A stretch of DNA of 64,000 nucleotides. Origin: Malacoraja senta. Taxonomy: Eukaryota. The position numbers and the translations under genes are program-made. The stretch is from NCBI GenBank assembly GCA_038087875.1, contig CM075997.1, positions 1,366,001 to 1,430,000 of the forward strand. The letters run 5' to 3'. Below the pieces are notes generated by a model. That model made no database searches. It worked only from the letters and a program-made list of their open reading frames with translations, and was not told the origin of the DNA. This document shows positions 22,786-34,678 of the stretch, piece by piece; the first letter of the stretch is position 1; each line of letters begins with the position of its first letter.

Positions 22786-23190
22786 AAGAAGGAACTGCAG
22801 ATGCTGGAAAATCGAAGGTAGACAAAAGTGCTGGAGAAACTCAGTGGGTGCAGCAGCATCTATGGAGCGAAGGAAATAGGCAATGTTTTTGGGGCCAAAA
22901 CCCTTCTTCAGACTGATGTGGGGTGGGGGGAGGGGGGAGGCGGGGAGAAGAAAGGAGAAAGGAAGAGGAGGAGCCCGAGGGCTGAGGGAGAGCTGAGAAG
23001 GGGAGGAGACAGCAAGGGCTACCAGAAATTGGAGGTCAATGTTTATGCCGCTAGGGTGCAGACCAAAGATGTAGGATCTTTGGTGCAAACTACCCCAAGC
23101 GGAATATGAGGTGCTGCTTCTCCAATTTCCGGTGGTGCTCACTCTGGCGATAGGATCTTTGACTCTGGCCATGGAGGAGGCCCAGGACAG
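22786..23190 (-). mobile_element. Penelope-like 3' end: endonuclease C-terminus joined to the hammerhead-containing terminal repeat
   Basis: The minus strand runs from the KLEKQHLIFRLG...GINID region through a pyrimidine tract into cagtctgaagaagggttttggcccc...cagcatctgcagttccttctt. Carries two short DNA-transposon footprints. Confidence 0.82.
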
Positions 23191-23610
23191 AATGGTCGGA
23201 AGATCTGTTTCGAGTTGTTTTACTTTCTTCCCTGAAATTGTCCCTAGTGTGTGCAGGCTAGTGATCGCTGGTCGGCGTGGACTGGGTGGGCCGAATGGCC
23301 TGTTTCCGTGCTATCTCTCCACAAAATCTAAAGTGTGCCTTCAAGAGATGTGAAAGGCTCTTTACAAATGCAATTCTTTCTTGTGGCAAGGCTTATCAGG
23401 CTTGCATTTATTGGCTTCAGGAAGGAACTGCAGATGCTGGAAAATCGAAGGTAGACAAAATTGCTGGAGAAACTCAGCGGGTGAGGCAGCATCTGTGGAG
23501 CAAAGGAAATAGGCAACGTTTCGGGTCGAGACCCTTTGTTGGCTTCACATCGGCAGGCGTCAACTCCCTCCCCCACACAACACAACAGGCCGCTGTTCTT
23601 TGCGTGAACT

Positions 23611-23616
23611 TTTATT
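23611..23616 (-). terminator. Candidate BBC3 polyadenylation signal (AATAAA on minus strand); 3' UTR about 2.7 kb
   Basis: tttatt on + at 23611-23616, with a GU-rich element (tgttgtgttgtg) downstream on the minus strand and AU-rich sequence upstream. An alternative AATAAA is at 24647-24652. Confidence 0.6.
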
Positions 23617-26270
23617 GGAAAATTATTTTACAAAAACGAATCTTCCAAAAACAACAATGTATTTAAAAAAAAAAGGAAATCTAAAGAGTGTAGCTACAAA
23701 TCAAAAGTCATTTATGTACAAAACATCACTGTACAGAGTCCCAGACATCACCCTTCACTGTTGACTGCCTTCATTGAGGGGTAGGGAGTGGAGTGTGTGG
23801 GGGGGGGGGGTCAGATTCTTATGGAGGCTTTGTGTTACCTGGGGAATGGGAGGTGGGATGTCCAGTGTTCATATCAAGGGGGGTATGGGACAGAATGATT
23901 TGTAATCTAGTCAACTGATCTTTCACCTCCCGTCCCATCCTGAGACCAAATTATGCTGCAATTATCAGTCTCGTAGCTTTCGCTCCTTAAAGGGGCGATT
24001 TGATCAAAGGGGGGGGTCCGAGGGGATAAAATGAAAGTGTTTTCCTCCCTTTAGTGGCTCAGTCACAAGCTTGAATCGCAGCTAGTGTTTGAGTGGCGGA
24101 GTTCAGAAAGATCGCAGGTTCAAATCCCGCTCGGTCTCATCAGATCAGTAATGAGTTGGGTGGGGAGGGGGAGGACATTAACACTTTCAACCCCTGTGGT
24201 CACACCCCCCCCCCCTCCTCCTCCTCTAACTCTGGGGGAAAGGAGTGGCTCTAGATGCTGCCCCTTGGATTGCATGCCGACAGTCACGGCTGCTGAGTGT
24301 GTAAACTGGATACGGCGCGGAGCCCACACGCTCATCCCACTCTCTCATCCACTCCCTGCACACTGGGGGCGATTTGCAGACGGCCAATTGACCGGCAAAC
24401 CCGCACGTCTTTGGGACTTCGGAGGAATCCGGAGCGACCCACGCGGTCACAGGGAAAACGTGCAAACTCCACACTCACAGACAGGCAGCGCCGTGAGATC
24501 GGGATCGAACCCGGGCCTCTAGCGCTGCAGGCTGGGCTTTCCAACGAGGGTGAATAAAGTGACCCCTGAGGAGGGGAGGTGGTGGTGGTGGTGGTGGTGG
24601 GGTGGGGTGGGTGGGGTTCAGTCACAGTTACAGACTCGCCCTTAAATTTATTTTCTCCAAATTTCTCCCGAAGCCTCATCAGTTCAGCTGAGGGCAGAAA
24701 CGAAACGAGGACTCAGACCGAACAATCGCACAGAGAATAAATACCAGTCTGTTTAAAACAGAATGAGCACATAACACATGGCAGGTGACACTAGAAGAAA
24801 AAAAATACACAGACAGAGAACGGGAAGGAAAAGATTCCACCAGGTTTTGTCCCTGAGCTGGATTAGACTGGCCTGACTCATCAATGCTACATTTATCAAA
24901 ACCTTTTGCATTAATTAAAAAGGCGTTTTGTCTTAACTGGGTTTCAAGATATCACGGGGCCACTTTTACACTGCAAGCAGTGGTGGGGGGGGGGGGGGGG
25001 AGAAACTGAGGGGTGCGCACGCCTGGTGCAATGGACCCCATCAGTCGCTTGCGTCTGTTAAAGTGGCCCCAAGTGCTACAACCTTAGCTGCATGTCCCTT
25101 TACTAAACCTGCAATGATTAGATGCCTCTAGTGCAAGGGGAAGCACCGTGGAGTGGTCAATTCAACTGTTTTTTATCGTCACCTGTTCCAGTTTGGTGTC
25201 TGTCTGTCCAATTTTCAGATTAAATGCATTTTTCGGGGGAGTTGGAGCGGAAGGGGGAGACAAGAGAGGGGTACAGGGAGCTAAAAAGTAAGGGGGCTTT
25301 TTCCCCAAAGCCTCCCAAAGGAAGCCATTCTCGTTCAGTCGATGGGAACGTCTCCCGAGAGTGTTGGACTCCACCAGCTTGAGCGATCAAGTGTTTGGGA
25401 AGGAACTGCAGATGCTGGTTTACACCAAAGACAGACACAAAATGCTTGGAGTATCTCAGCTGGACAGGCAGCATCTCTGGAAGGAAGGAACGGGCGACGT
25501 TTCGGGTCGAGGCTGATCCTGTCTCCCATGAGGGGAGAGGTCACCATGAGGAGACGCCACTTGATCGTCCGTGGGAGATATGGCTGTACCCAGGCTCCGA
25601 CTGACGAGACCCCGGCCAACAGTGCAAAGATGTAAGTGCGAATCTCAGACCCATTGATTCCCAGCACCTCCTTCCCCCCCTCCCCCCTCCCCCCTCCCCC
25701 CTCGAAGGGTGGTACCCGGATTCAAAACCCAAAGCTGCACCCACAATCAACAATGGATGGAGCATCCAGTGCCAAGAATCCACCCCACCCCCCCCTCCAA
25801 GTCTCCCCAGCTACTCAAAGCCCTGTGTGAAGTCCCCACAGTGTAAGGGCAGTGGTGACATTGGACCCTGAGTTGTCCCCTAACCTCGGGACTCGTTACA
25901 AAGACAGACTGGTGTTGAAAGTCCCGTCGCGGAAGAAATGGGGGGAGAGATCGCTACAGACTGGCTCAACCCACCAACCCCCCCCCCCCCCACAATCCCA
26001 GAACATGGAGGTCTACAGTTCCAACAGCCTCCAGATTCTGGGCACATGCCCCCCCCCCACCCCCACACACAAAATCATTCCACAGGTTCGGTCCCGAAAC
26101 GGCGGGGATTTGTTTCCCCCCGCTCCCTTGTCGCATCCGTCCAGCGGAGCCAAGGTTTGTCGAGAAAGGAGACGTTTCCCGAAATCCCGGACTTGTCCCG
26201 AAGGTTCCTGGCGGGGGCGGCAAACTCCACTCCTCGCCGCGCCTGCCCGCCCGCTCCTTCCGTGAAAAGT

Positions 26271-26372
26271 TCACCACCATCGGGGCGCTCGGAAGATGCC
26301 CAGGGTGTGCGTGAAGAAGTTGAGAAACATCCAGTACCAGATGGGCCAATGTCTCTGGTCCCTCTCCATCAC
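26271..26372 (-). CDS. BBC3: BBC3/PUMA last coding exon (hydrophobic C-terminal tail)
   Basis: Long polypyrimidine tract plus gacag acceptor, phase 0. Encodes VMERDQRHWPIWYWMFLNFFTHTLGIFRAPRWW-TGA, compared with human RQEEQQRHRPSPWRVLYNLIMGLL. Confidence 0.85.
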   Translation of the reverse strand: MMERDQRHWPIWYWMFLNFFTHTLGIFRAPRWW

Positions 26373-27412
26373 CTGTCACCGAAAGAGAAAGAGAGAGGGG
26401 ATCAGTTTAATTTATTGCCACGTGCACCGAGGTATGGTGAAAAGCGCTTGTGAAGGAAGGAACTGCAGACGCTGGTTTCAACCGAAGATAGACACAAAAA
26501 GCTGGAGTAACTCAGCGGGACAGGCAGCGTCTCTGGAGAGAAGGAATGGGTGACGGTTTGGGTCTCAACCCGAAACATCACCCATTCCTTCTCTCCAGAG
26601 ATGCTGCCTGTCCCGCTCCAGCATTTTGCACCCATGGACAATAGATAATAGGTGCAGGAGTAGGTCATTCGGCCCTTCGAGCCAGCACCGCCATTCAATG
26701 TGATCATGGCTGATCATCCCCAATCAGTACCCCGTTCCTGCCTTTTCCCCATAACCCCTGACTCCGCTATCTTTAAGAGCCCTATCCAGCTCTCTCTTGA
26801 AAGCATCCAGAGATCCTGCCTCCACCGCCCTCTGAGGCAGAGAATTCCACACACTCACAACTCTCTGTGAGAAAAAGTGTTTCCTCGTCTCCGTCCACTT
26901 TCGATTTAAACCAGCATCTGCGGTTCTTTCCCACACAGGTAGACAAAGACACTGGCGAAACTCAGCGGGTGAGGCAGCATCTATGGAGCGAAGGAATAGG
27001 TGACGTTTCGGGTCGAGACCCTTCTTCAGACACAGGGACAATTGACACACACACACACACCAAGCCAATTAACCTACGAACCTGTACGTCTTTGGAGTGT
27101 GGGAGGAAGCCAAAGTTCTCGGAGAAAACCCACGCGGTCACGGGGAAAACGTACAAACTCCGTAAAGACAGCGCCAGTAATCGGGATCGAACCCGAGTCT
27201 CCGGCATTTCAAGTGCTGTAAGGCAGCAACTCTACCGCTGCGCCACCCTCATGTTCAGTGTAAGTAGTCCGTTTCCAATCCTTAAGCAACTATGCACTTT
27301 GTCCGACATCTTCCCAAACCCAAACTTTGTGTCATAATGTCACCATGAACATTGCAAATCACTTAATGTCATGAGCTGGTCGTGTCCACAGTAACAATGC
27401 AATTACAGGTTC

Positions 27413-27429
27413 TGGCCACTAGGCGGTGT
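27413..27429 (+). promoter_or_regulatory. CTCF-like motif in the BBC3 last intron
   Basis: TGGCCACTAGGCGGTGT, a weaker match in the same orientation as the 34661 motif. Confidence 0.35.
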
Positions 27430-30400
27430 TCCGGGAGCAGGTTTTGCAAACTAAAAACCTGCAGATGCTGCAAGTCTGAAATAAAATCAGACGAAGTGGG
27501 GGGAGGTGGGGAGAAGAGGGGGAGGGTCACAAAGAGGTGAGGGCAGATTTCCCTCCTTGTCAGTAAGCTGGAGCGGTTTTCAGTCTGAAGACGTGTCCCG
27601 ACACGAAACGTTGTCTGCCCATCCCGTCCACAGATGCTGCCTGATCCCCCAAAGAGTTCCTCCAGCACTTTGCGTTTTGCTCTACATTCCAGCATCTGCA
27701 GTTCCTTGGGAGGTAGCACAGTACAACACAGGAAGAGGTCATTTGGCCCACAATGTCTGTGTCGAACATGATGCCAAGACCAACTCTTGCCTGCCTGTGT
27801 CTATCTTCAGAAATAATAATTAGTTGGAAGGAACTGCAGATGCCGGTTCAAACCGAAGATAGACACAAAATGCCGGAGTAACTCAGCGGGACAGGCAGCA
27901 TCTCCGGAGAGAAGGAATGGGTGACGTTTCGGGTCGAGACCCTTCTTCAGACTGAAGTAGCAAAACGGACCCAAAACGTCACCCATCCTTTCTCTTCAGA
28001 GATGCTGCCTGTCCCGCTGAGTTACTCCAGCATTTTGTGTCTACCTTCACTTTAAACCAGCATCTGCAGTTCCTTCCTCGACTTTAGCTTGATGAGACCC
28101 ATGGGTGAACTACACCCTGGGGTGAAACCTGTCCCTTGCATGTAACTGTCTAAGTGACCCCCCCCCCATCAAAGGGGAGGGGTTACACAGAAAATAGGTG
28201 CAGGAGTAGGTCTGAAGAAGGGTTTCGGCCCAAAACATTGCCTATTTCCTTCGCTCCATAGATGCTGCTGCACCCGCTGAGTTTCTCCAGCATTTTTGTG
28301 TACCTGCAGGAGTAGGCCATTCGGCCCTTCGAGCCTGCACCGCCATTCAATATGATCATGGCTGATCATCCAACTCAGTATCCCATCCCTGCCTTCTCTC
28401 CATACCCCCTGATCCCTTTAGCCACAAGGGCCACATCTAACTCCATCTTAAATATAGCCAAGGAACTGGCCTCAACTACATTCTGTGGCAGAGAATTCCA
28501 GAGATTCACCTGCCCCTGCTCCTTGAGCCCCTCCTGTCCTGACGTCCCCCCACCAACACAATTTCCCCACCCGCGTTTGTCTCGGTGGCTGTGGACTGTG
28601 TCTTTAAGGGCGTTGGGACTCGGCAGGCGTGGGCGATGCCAAAACCGCAAGCAGCATGCCGGCAGAGGCGGCCGGTTTGTTTATGAACAGAGGCTCAGGC
28701 TGGATTGGGTCCCGACACAGAGGCAGACAAGTGGAGGGAGAGGGAGAGAGGGAGGGAGGGAGAGAGATCACGAGACAGCCAAGCAGCTGCCCTCTGAGTC
28801 AGACGCTAAAAATAACACAGCATATATAGGGCTTGGCACACACAGAGAGACAGCATTAGTCTAGAGTGCGGCTCTCCAAACAGCCTCACACAGCAGAGAG
28901 CAGCAGAGGCAACGTGGGTTACAATACAGTCGCAGTTTAGTTTATTGTCACGTGTACCGAGGTACAGTGAAAAGCTTCTGTTGCGTGCTAACCCGTCAGA
29001 GGAAAGACAATACATGATTACAATCGAGCCATTCACAGTGTGTAGATACAGGATAAAGGGAATAACGTTTAGTGCAAGGTAAAGTCCAATCGAAGATAGT
29101 AGATCGTGGCTGGTTCAGGACTATCCCAGGGGTGGGGACAGATTAAACACGGCAAATTGATCAACAACTACAAATTGCATTGACAAAGCGCTCTGAACAA
29201 CAACATATCCCACTTTTGTGGCACTATTCGTGTTTCTAGGTTCTAGGAGCAGAATTAGGCCATTCGGCCCATCGTCTACCATTCAATCATGGCTGATCTA
29301 TCTTCCCCTCTCAACCCCATTCTCCTCCCTTCTCCCCATAAACCACTGACACCCGTACTAATCAGGAATCTGTCAATCTCCGCCTTAAAAATACCCAATG
29401 TCGGCCTCCACAGCCGTCTGTGGCAATGAATTCCACAAATTCACCACCCTCTGACTAAAGAAATTCCTCCACCTCATCTCCTTTCCAAAGGTACTTCCTC
29501 TTATTCTGAGGCTGATGGCCTCTAGTCCTAGACTCTCCCGCTAGTGGAAACATCCTCTCCACATCCACTCTGTCCAGACATTGTAGAAGGTCCCACATTG
29601 CAGGAGTGATAACAAGCCACTTAAACGGTGAGATTACAATTTGGTTCACAGTTTAGAGGTACAGCTCAGAAACAGGCCCTTCGGCCCACCGATTCTGCTC
29701 CGACAAGCGATCACCCGTATACTAGCACTTTCCTACACCCTAGGGACAATTTACCGAAACCAGTTAACCTATAAACCTGCACATCTCAACAATATGGAAG
29801 GAGACCAGAGCACCCGGAGAAAATCCATGCGGTCCCAGGGAGAACATACAAACTCTGCACAGACAGCACCCGTAGTCAAGATCGAATCCGGGTCTCTGTA
29901 CCCGGTTCCAGACTCTTACCGCTATGCCACTGTGCCTCCCTCGGTACACGTGACCCTAATTAACTAAACTAAAGAGATCAGAGTTGGTCTTGGTGTCATG
30001 TTTGGCACCGACATTGTGGGCCGAAGGGCCTGTTCCTATGCTGTACCGTTCCATGCTCTCTGTTCCCGGGACCAAATCTCCACCCTTCAACAGAGCAGTG
30101 CGGTAGAGTTGCTGCCTCACAGCGCCAGAGACCCGGGTTCGACCCTGACTACGGGTGCTGTCTGTACGGAGTTTGCACGTTCTCCCCGTGACATGTGTGG
30201 GTTTTCTCCGAGATCTTCGGTTTCCTCCCACACTCCAAAGACGTACGGGTTTGTAGGTTAATTGGCTTGGTGTAAATGTAAACTGTCCCTAGTGTGTGTA
30301 GGATAGTGTTAGTGTGCGGGGATCGCTGGTCGGTGCGGACTCGGTGGGCCGAAGGGCCTGTTTCCACATTGTATCTTTAAACTAAAACAGTTAAACGTAA

Positions 30401-32967
30401 TCATGTTGACTGAGACGGAGATGTCCGTAGCTTGTACCCTTTCACAAGCCGCGCTATCTAACTAGGCCAGAGGTAAAGTCGTTGGTTATCTATGAACTGG
30501 AGCCCCAGAACAGGAAACTAGGAAGGCGATAAATAAGATAGCAAGGCCTCCAGTCTGTGCAAGCAACTTTGACAGTGAAGCTCGGCACGGAATGTGCTCA
30601 CAAACTGAGAGGGAAAATATTGATCAAGAGAAGTCTCCTTCTCTTGTACAACCAGTTCTGGTTTTACAAACCATGTCGTGGCGAGATCGCTGGGGCCCGG
30701 TCTAATGCGGGGAGATGTTGGTTTTACATGCGTGAACCCCTTCGTTACATCAACACTCCAAGGACAATATGGCCACTGGACACATGGTACCACTTCACAC
30801 AAAGGGCAGTGAGTGTATGGAACGAGCTGCCAGAGGAGGTCGTTGAGGATGGGGCTATCCCAACATTTACGAAACAGTTAGACAGGTACATGGATAGGAC
30901 AGGTTTGGGGGGATAAGGGCCAAACGCGGGCAGGTGGGACTAGTGTAGCTGCCACAAGTTGGCCGGTGTGGGCACGATGAGCCGAAGAGCCTGTTTCCAC
31001 ACTGTATCACTCTATGACAAGGAGATTAGTTTAGTTTAGAGATACAGCGTAGAAACAGGCCCTTCGGCCCACTGAGTCCATGCCGATTATTGATCACCTA
31101 TACACTAGTTCTGTCCTACGCACTAGGGACAATTTACCTACAAACCCACACTTCTTTGGAGCGTGGGAGGAAACCGGAGCAACCAGAGAAAACCCACGCG
31201 GTCATGAGGAGAACGGACAAACTCCGTACAGACAGCACCTGTAGTCAGGATCGAACCCGGGTCTCTGGCGCTGTGAGGCAGCAACTCTACCGCTGCACCA
31301 CCATGCCGGCTCAATTGTGCTCAAGGGGAGAATGGAGTCACACAGCATGGAAACAGGCCCTTCGGCCCAACCCGCACGTGCCAACCATGTCCATCCAGAG
31401 ATGCTGCCTGAACTGCTGCGTTACCCCAGCACTTTGTGTCTATTCTTGGCCAGATTCCCGTTTGACCGAGGAAGCATTTGGAATATTTCCCAGATACCAC
31501 CCTCCCAGTTGGCTTGCGGGCTGGGACTCCTTGAGGTCAGGCAGTTACAAGTGGTTCTGGTGGGCTGTGTCGGAGCTGTTGTGGAGACCGAGACACTTGT
31601 GGGAGCGAGAACACACAGTACTGACTAAGCCAGGCCTCTGTGTTATTTTATAAATGTTAAGAAAACATCGCAACCCAACTATTTTCTTCGATCTGAAACC
31701 AAAGCTTAAAATAGTCCCATCTTGGTTTTTTTGTTGTTGTATTTTTTTGTTAAAGAGAGACGCGGAGATTAGGCTCTGTTTAGGGTAAGGATGGATGGAC
31801 CTGTTTATGTCTCGTGGTCACTCATCACTAGGCAGGTGGCCAGCATACATGGCCTCTGGCCAGGGCCTGTTTGGACTTTACCTGAAATGCCCTCAGGGTC
31901 TTGAGCAATGCCGGACTATCTAGAATTATCAACACAACACACGTCAAGAGCTTTGTTGAGATGCAACCACACCTCAACCTTCATCCATCATCTTTAGAAG
32001 ATGTTTAAGAAGGAGTTTAGAAGGATAAGAGGGGATCTCATTGAAACATATAAGACTGTTAAAGGTTTGGACATGCTCGAGGCAGGAAACATGTAATTAA
32101 GTGAGTCCAGAACTAGGGGCCACAGTTTAAGAATAAGGAGTAAGCCATTTAGAACGAAGACGAGGAAACACTTTTTCTCACAGAGAGTTGTGTGTCTATG
32201 AAATTCTCTGCCTCAGAGGGCGGTGGAGGCAGGTTCTCTGGATGCTTTCAAGAGAGAGCTAGATAGGGCTCTTAAAAATAGCGGAGTCAGGGGATATGGG
32301 GAGTAGGCAGGAACGGGGTACTGATTGGGGATGATCAGCCATGAATACATTGAATGGCGGTGCTGGCTCGAAGGGCCAAATGGTTACTCACCCTAGAGTG
32401 GTGTTCCTGAACTAGCAATCCAGGAATAATTCTACAGGATGAGTAAGACTAGAAGCCTGAAGAAGGGCCCCGACCCGAAAACGTCACCTATCCGTGTTCT
32501 CCAGTGATGACTATCTCATCCACTCGTTACACTCTACGGACAGTTTACAGCGGCTAAATAACATACGAACCCGCACGTGTTTGGGATGTGGGAGGAAATC
32601 TCAGTGGATATTTTTACGGTAGAGATAGATAGATTCTTGATTAGTACAGATGTCAGAGGTTATGGGGAGAAGGCAGGAGAATGGGGTTAGGAGGGAGAGA
32701 TAGATCAGCCATGATTGAATGGCAGAGTAGACTTGATGGGCCAAATGGCCTAATGCTACTCCTATCACTTATGACCTCATGAAACCGGAGCACCCGGAGG
32801 AAACCCACACGGTCACAGGGAGGACGTGCAAACTCCACACACAGACAGCACCTGAGGTCAGGTGTGAACCCGGGTCTGTAGCCCTGTGTGAGAGCGGCTC
32901 CACCCGCTGTGCCAATGCGTGCCGCCCCAGTCTGAAGGGAGACTTCTGGAGATGGTGGTAGACTCAC

Positions 32968-33137
32968 CCGTTCCATACGGGAGGTGTGTAGCTGGTCGCC
33001 CATGAGGCGCAGTTGGATTCCGACCTGTCGGATGAGGGCATCGTCATTGCCCGTCTCGTTGTGGTAGCTGTTTCCCTGATGAACGACGGCGGTCATGTCA
33101 ATGTCCAACATGGCTGACTGGATCCTCTGTGACTCGC
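32968..33137 (-). CDS. BBC3: BBC3/PUMA BH3-domain exon
   Basis: Acceptor ctctcag and donor GTGAGT. The 170 nt encode (G)ESQRIQSAMLDIDMTAVVHQGNSYHNETGNDDALIRQVGIQLRLMGDQLHTSRMER with an LxxxGD BH3 motif (human AREIGAQLRRMADDLNAQYERR). Synteny with SAE1 supports the call. Confidence 0.9.
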
Positions 33138-33902
33138 CTGAGAGTAACACAAAACACAACACAACTTCAGAGGGGCAGCAAAACAGGCCCGTCAACAACA
33201 CAAACCCTCCCAAACGTATGCTGAGCGTTTGACGGCACTGGGCTGAACTCGCTGCAGTTTAGAAAGATGAAGGGGGACCTCGTTGAAACGTACCAAATAG
33301 TGAAAGGCCTGGATAGAGTGGATGTGGAGAGGGTGAGAGGGGGAAATAGAGGGGGGATGTGTCAACAGTCCTGTAAGGTTGTAGCTGGGAGCCTGAACCC
33401 AGGAGATAGACACAAAATGCTGGAGTAACTCAGCGGGACAGGCAGCATCTCAGGAGAGAAGGAATGGGTGACATTTCGGGTCGAGTCCCTTCTTCAGACT
33501 GAGAGTCAGGGGAGAGGAGATATAGAGATAAGGAGGTGTAAGGTGTGAAAACGAGACATCAAAGAGAACATCACCCATTCCTTCTCCCCAGAAATGCTGC
33601 CTGTCCCGCTGAGTTACTCCAGCATTTTGTGTCTATCTTCAGTTTAACCCAGCATCTGCAGTTCCTTCCTACACCCAAACCAGGAGTGGTAGCTGGTCGA
33701 GAGGAACTCTTTGCCACAGAAGGCTGTGGAGGCCAAGTCAATTGATATTTTTAAGGCAGAGATATAGATTTTTGATTAATACAGAGGTTATGGGGAGAAG
33801 TCAGGAGAATGGGGTTAGGAGGAAGAGATACTGTAGATCAGCCATGATTGAATGGGGAGTAACCTTTTGATGGGCCAAATGGCCTAATTCTACTCCTAAC
33901 AT

Positions 33903-34482
33903 GACAATAGACAATAGACAATAGGTGCAGGAGTAGGCCATTTGGCCCTTCGAGCCAGCACCGCCATTTAATGTGATCATGGCTGATCATCCCCAATCAG
34001 TACCCCGTTCCTGCCTTCTCCCCACATCCCCTGACTCCGCTATTTTTAAGAGCCCTATCTAGCTCTCTCTTGAAAGCATCCAGAGAACCCGCCTCCACCG
34101 TCCTCTGAGGCAGAGAATTCCACAGACTCACCACTCTCTGTGAGAACAAGTGTTTCCTCGTCTCCGTTCTAAATGGCTTACTCCTTATTCTTAAACTGTG
34201 GCCCCTGGTTCTGGACTCCCCCAACATCGGGAACATGTTTCCTGCCTCTAGCGTGTCCAAGCCCTTAACAATCTTATATGTTTCAATGAGATCCCCTCTC
34301 GTCCTTCTAAATTCCAGAATATACAAGCCCAGCCGCTCCATTCTCTCAGCATATGACAGTCCCGCCATCCTGGGAATTAACCTTGTAAAACCTACACGGC
34401 ACCCTCAATAGCAAGAATGTCCTTCCTCAAATTAGGGGACCAAAACTGCACACAATACTCCAGGTGTGGTCTCACTAGGGCT
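33903..34482 (-). mobile_element. CR1-clade LINE 3' end in a BBC3 intron
   Basis: ORF 33997-34368 MAGLSYAERMERLGLY.LE.RR.RGDLIETYK...VVSLWNSLP with a (ctattgt)n tail. Confidence 0.9.
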
Positions 34483-34660
34483 TATGATCTTATGACCGTG
34501 TGAGTATAAGGTTCTGTTCACCCACACGTTTCATAATCCAATGCTGGTCAGCAGCAAACTTCCCCCTCCAACTGTGGGAGTTGTTCCTTCATATCCTGTT
34601 GACAAATGCCAACATGTGGTGTCAGAGAGCAGTATCCTGTGGTGCTGCTCCCAGGCGCAG

Positions 34661-34678
34661 TGGCCAGGAGGGGGCGCT
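34661..34678 (+). promoter_or_regulatory. CTCF-like motif in a BBC3 intron
   Basis: TGGCCAGGAGGGGGCGCT has one mismatch to the core CCASYAGRKGGCR and lies in unique sequence. Confidence 0.55.
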
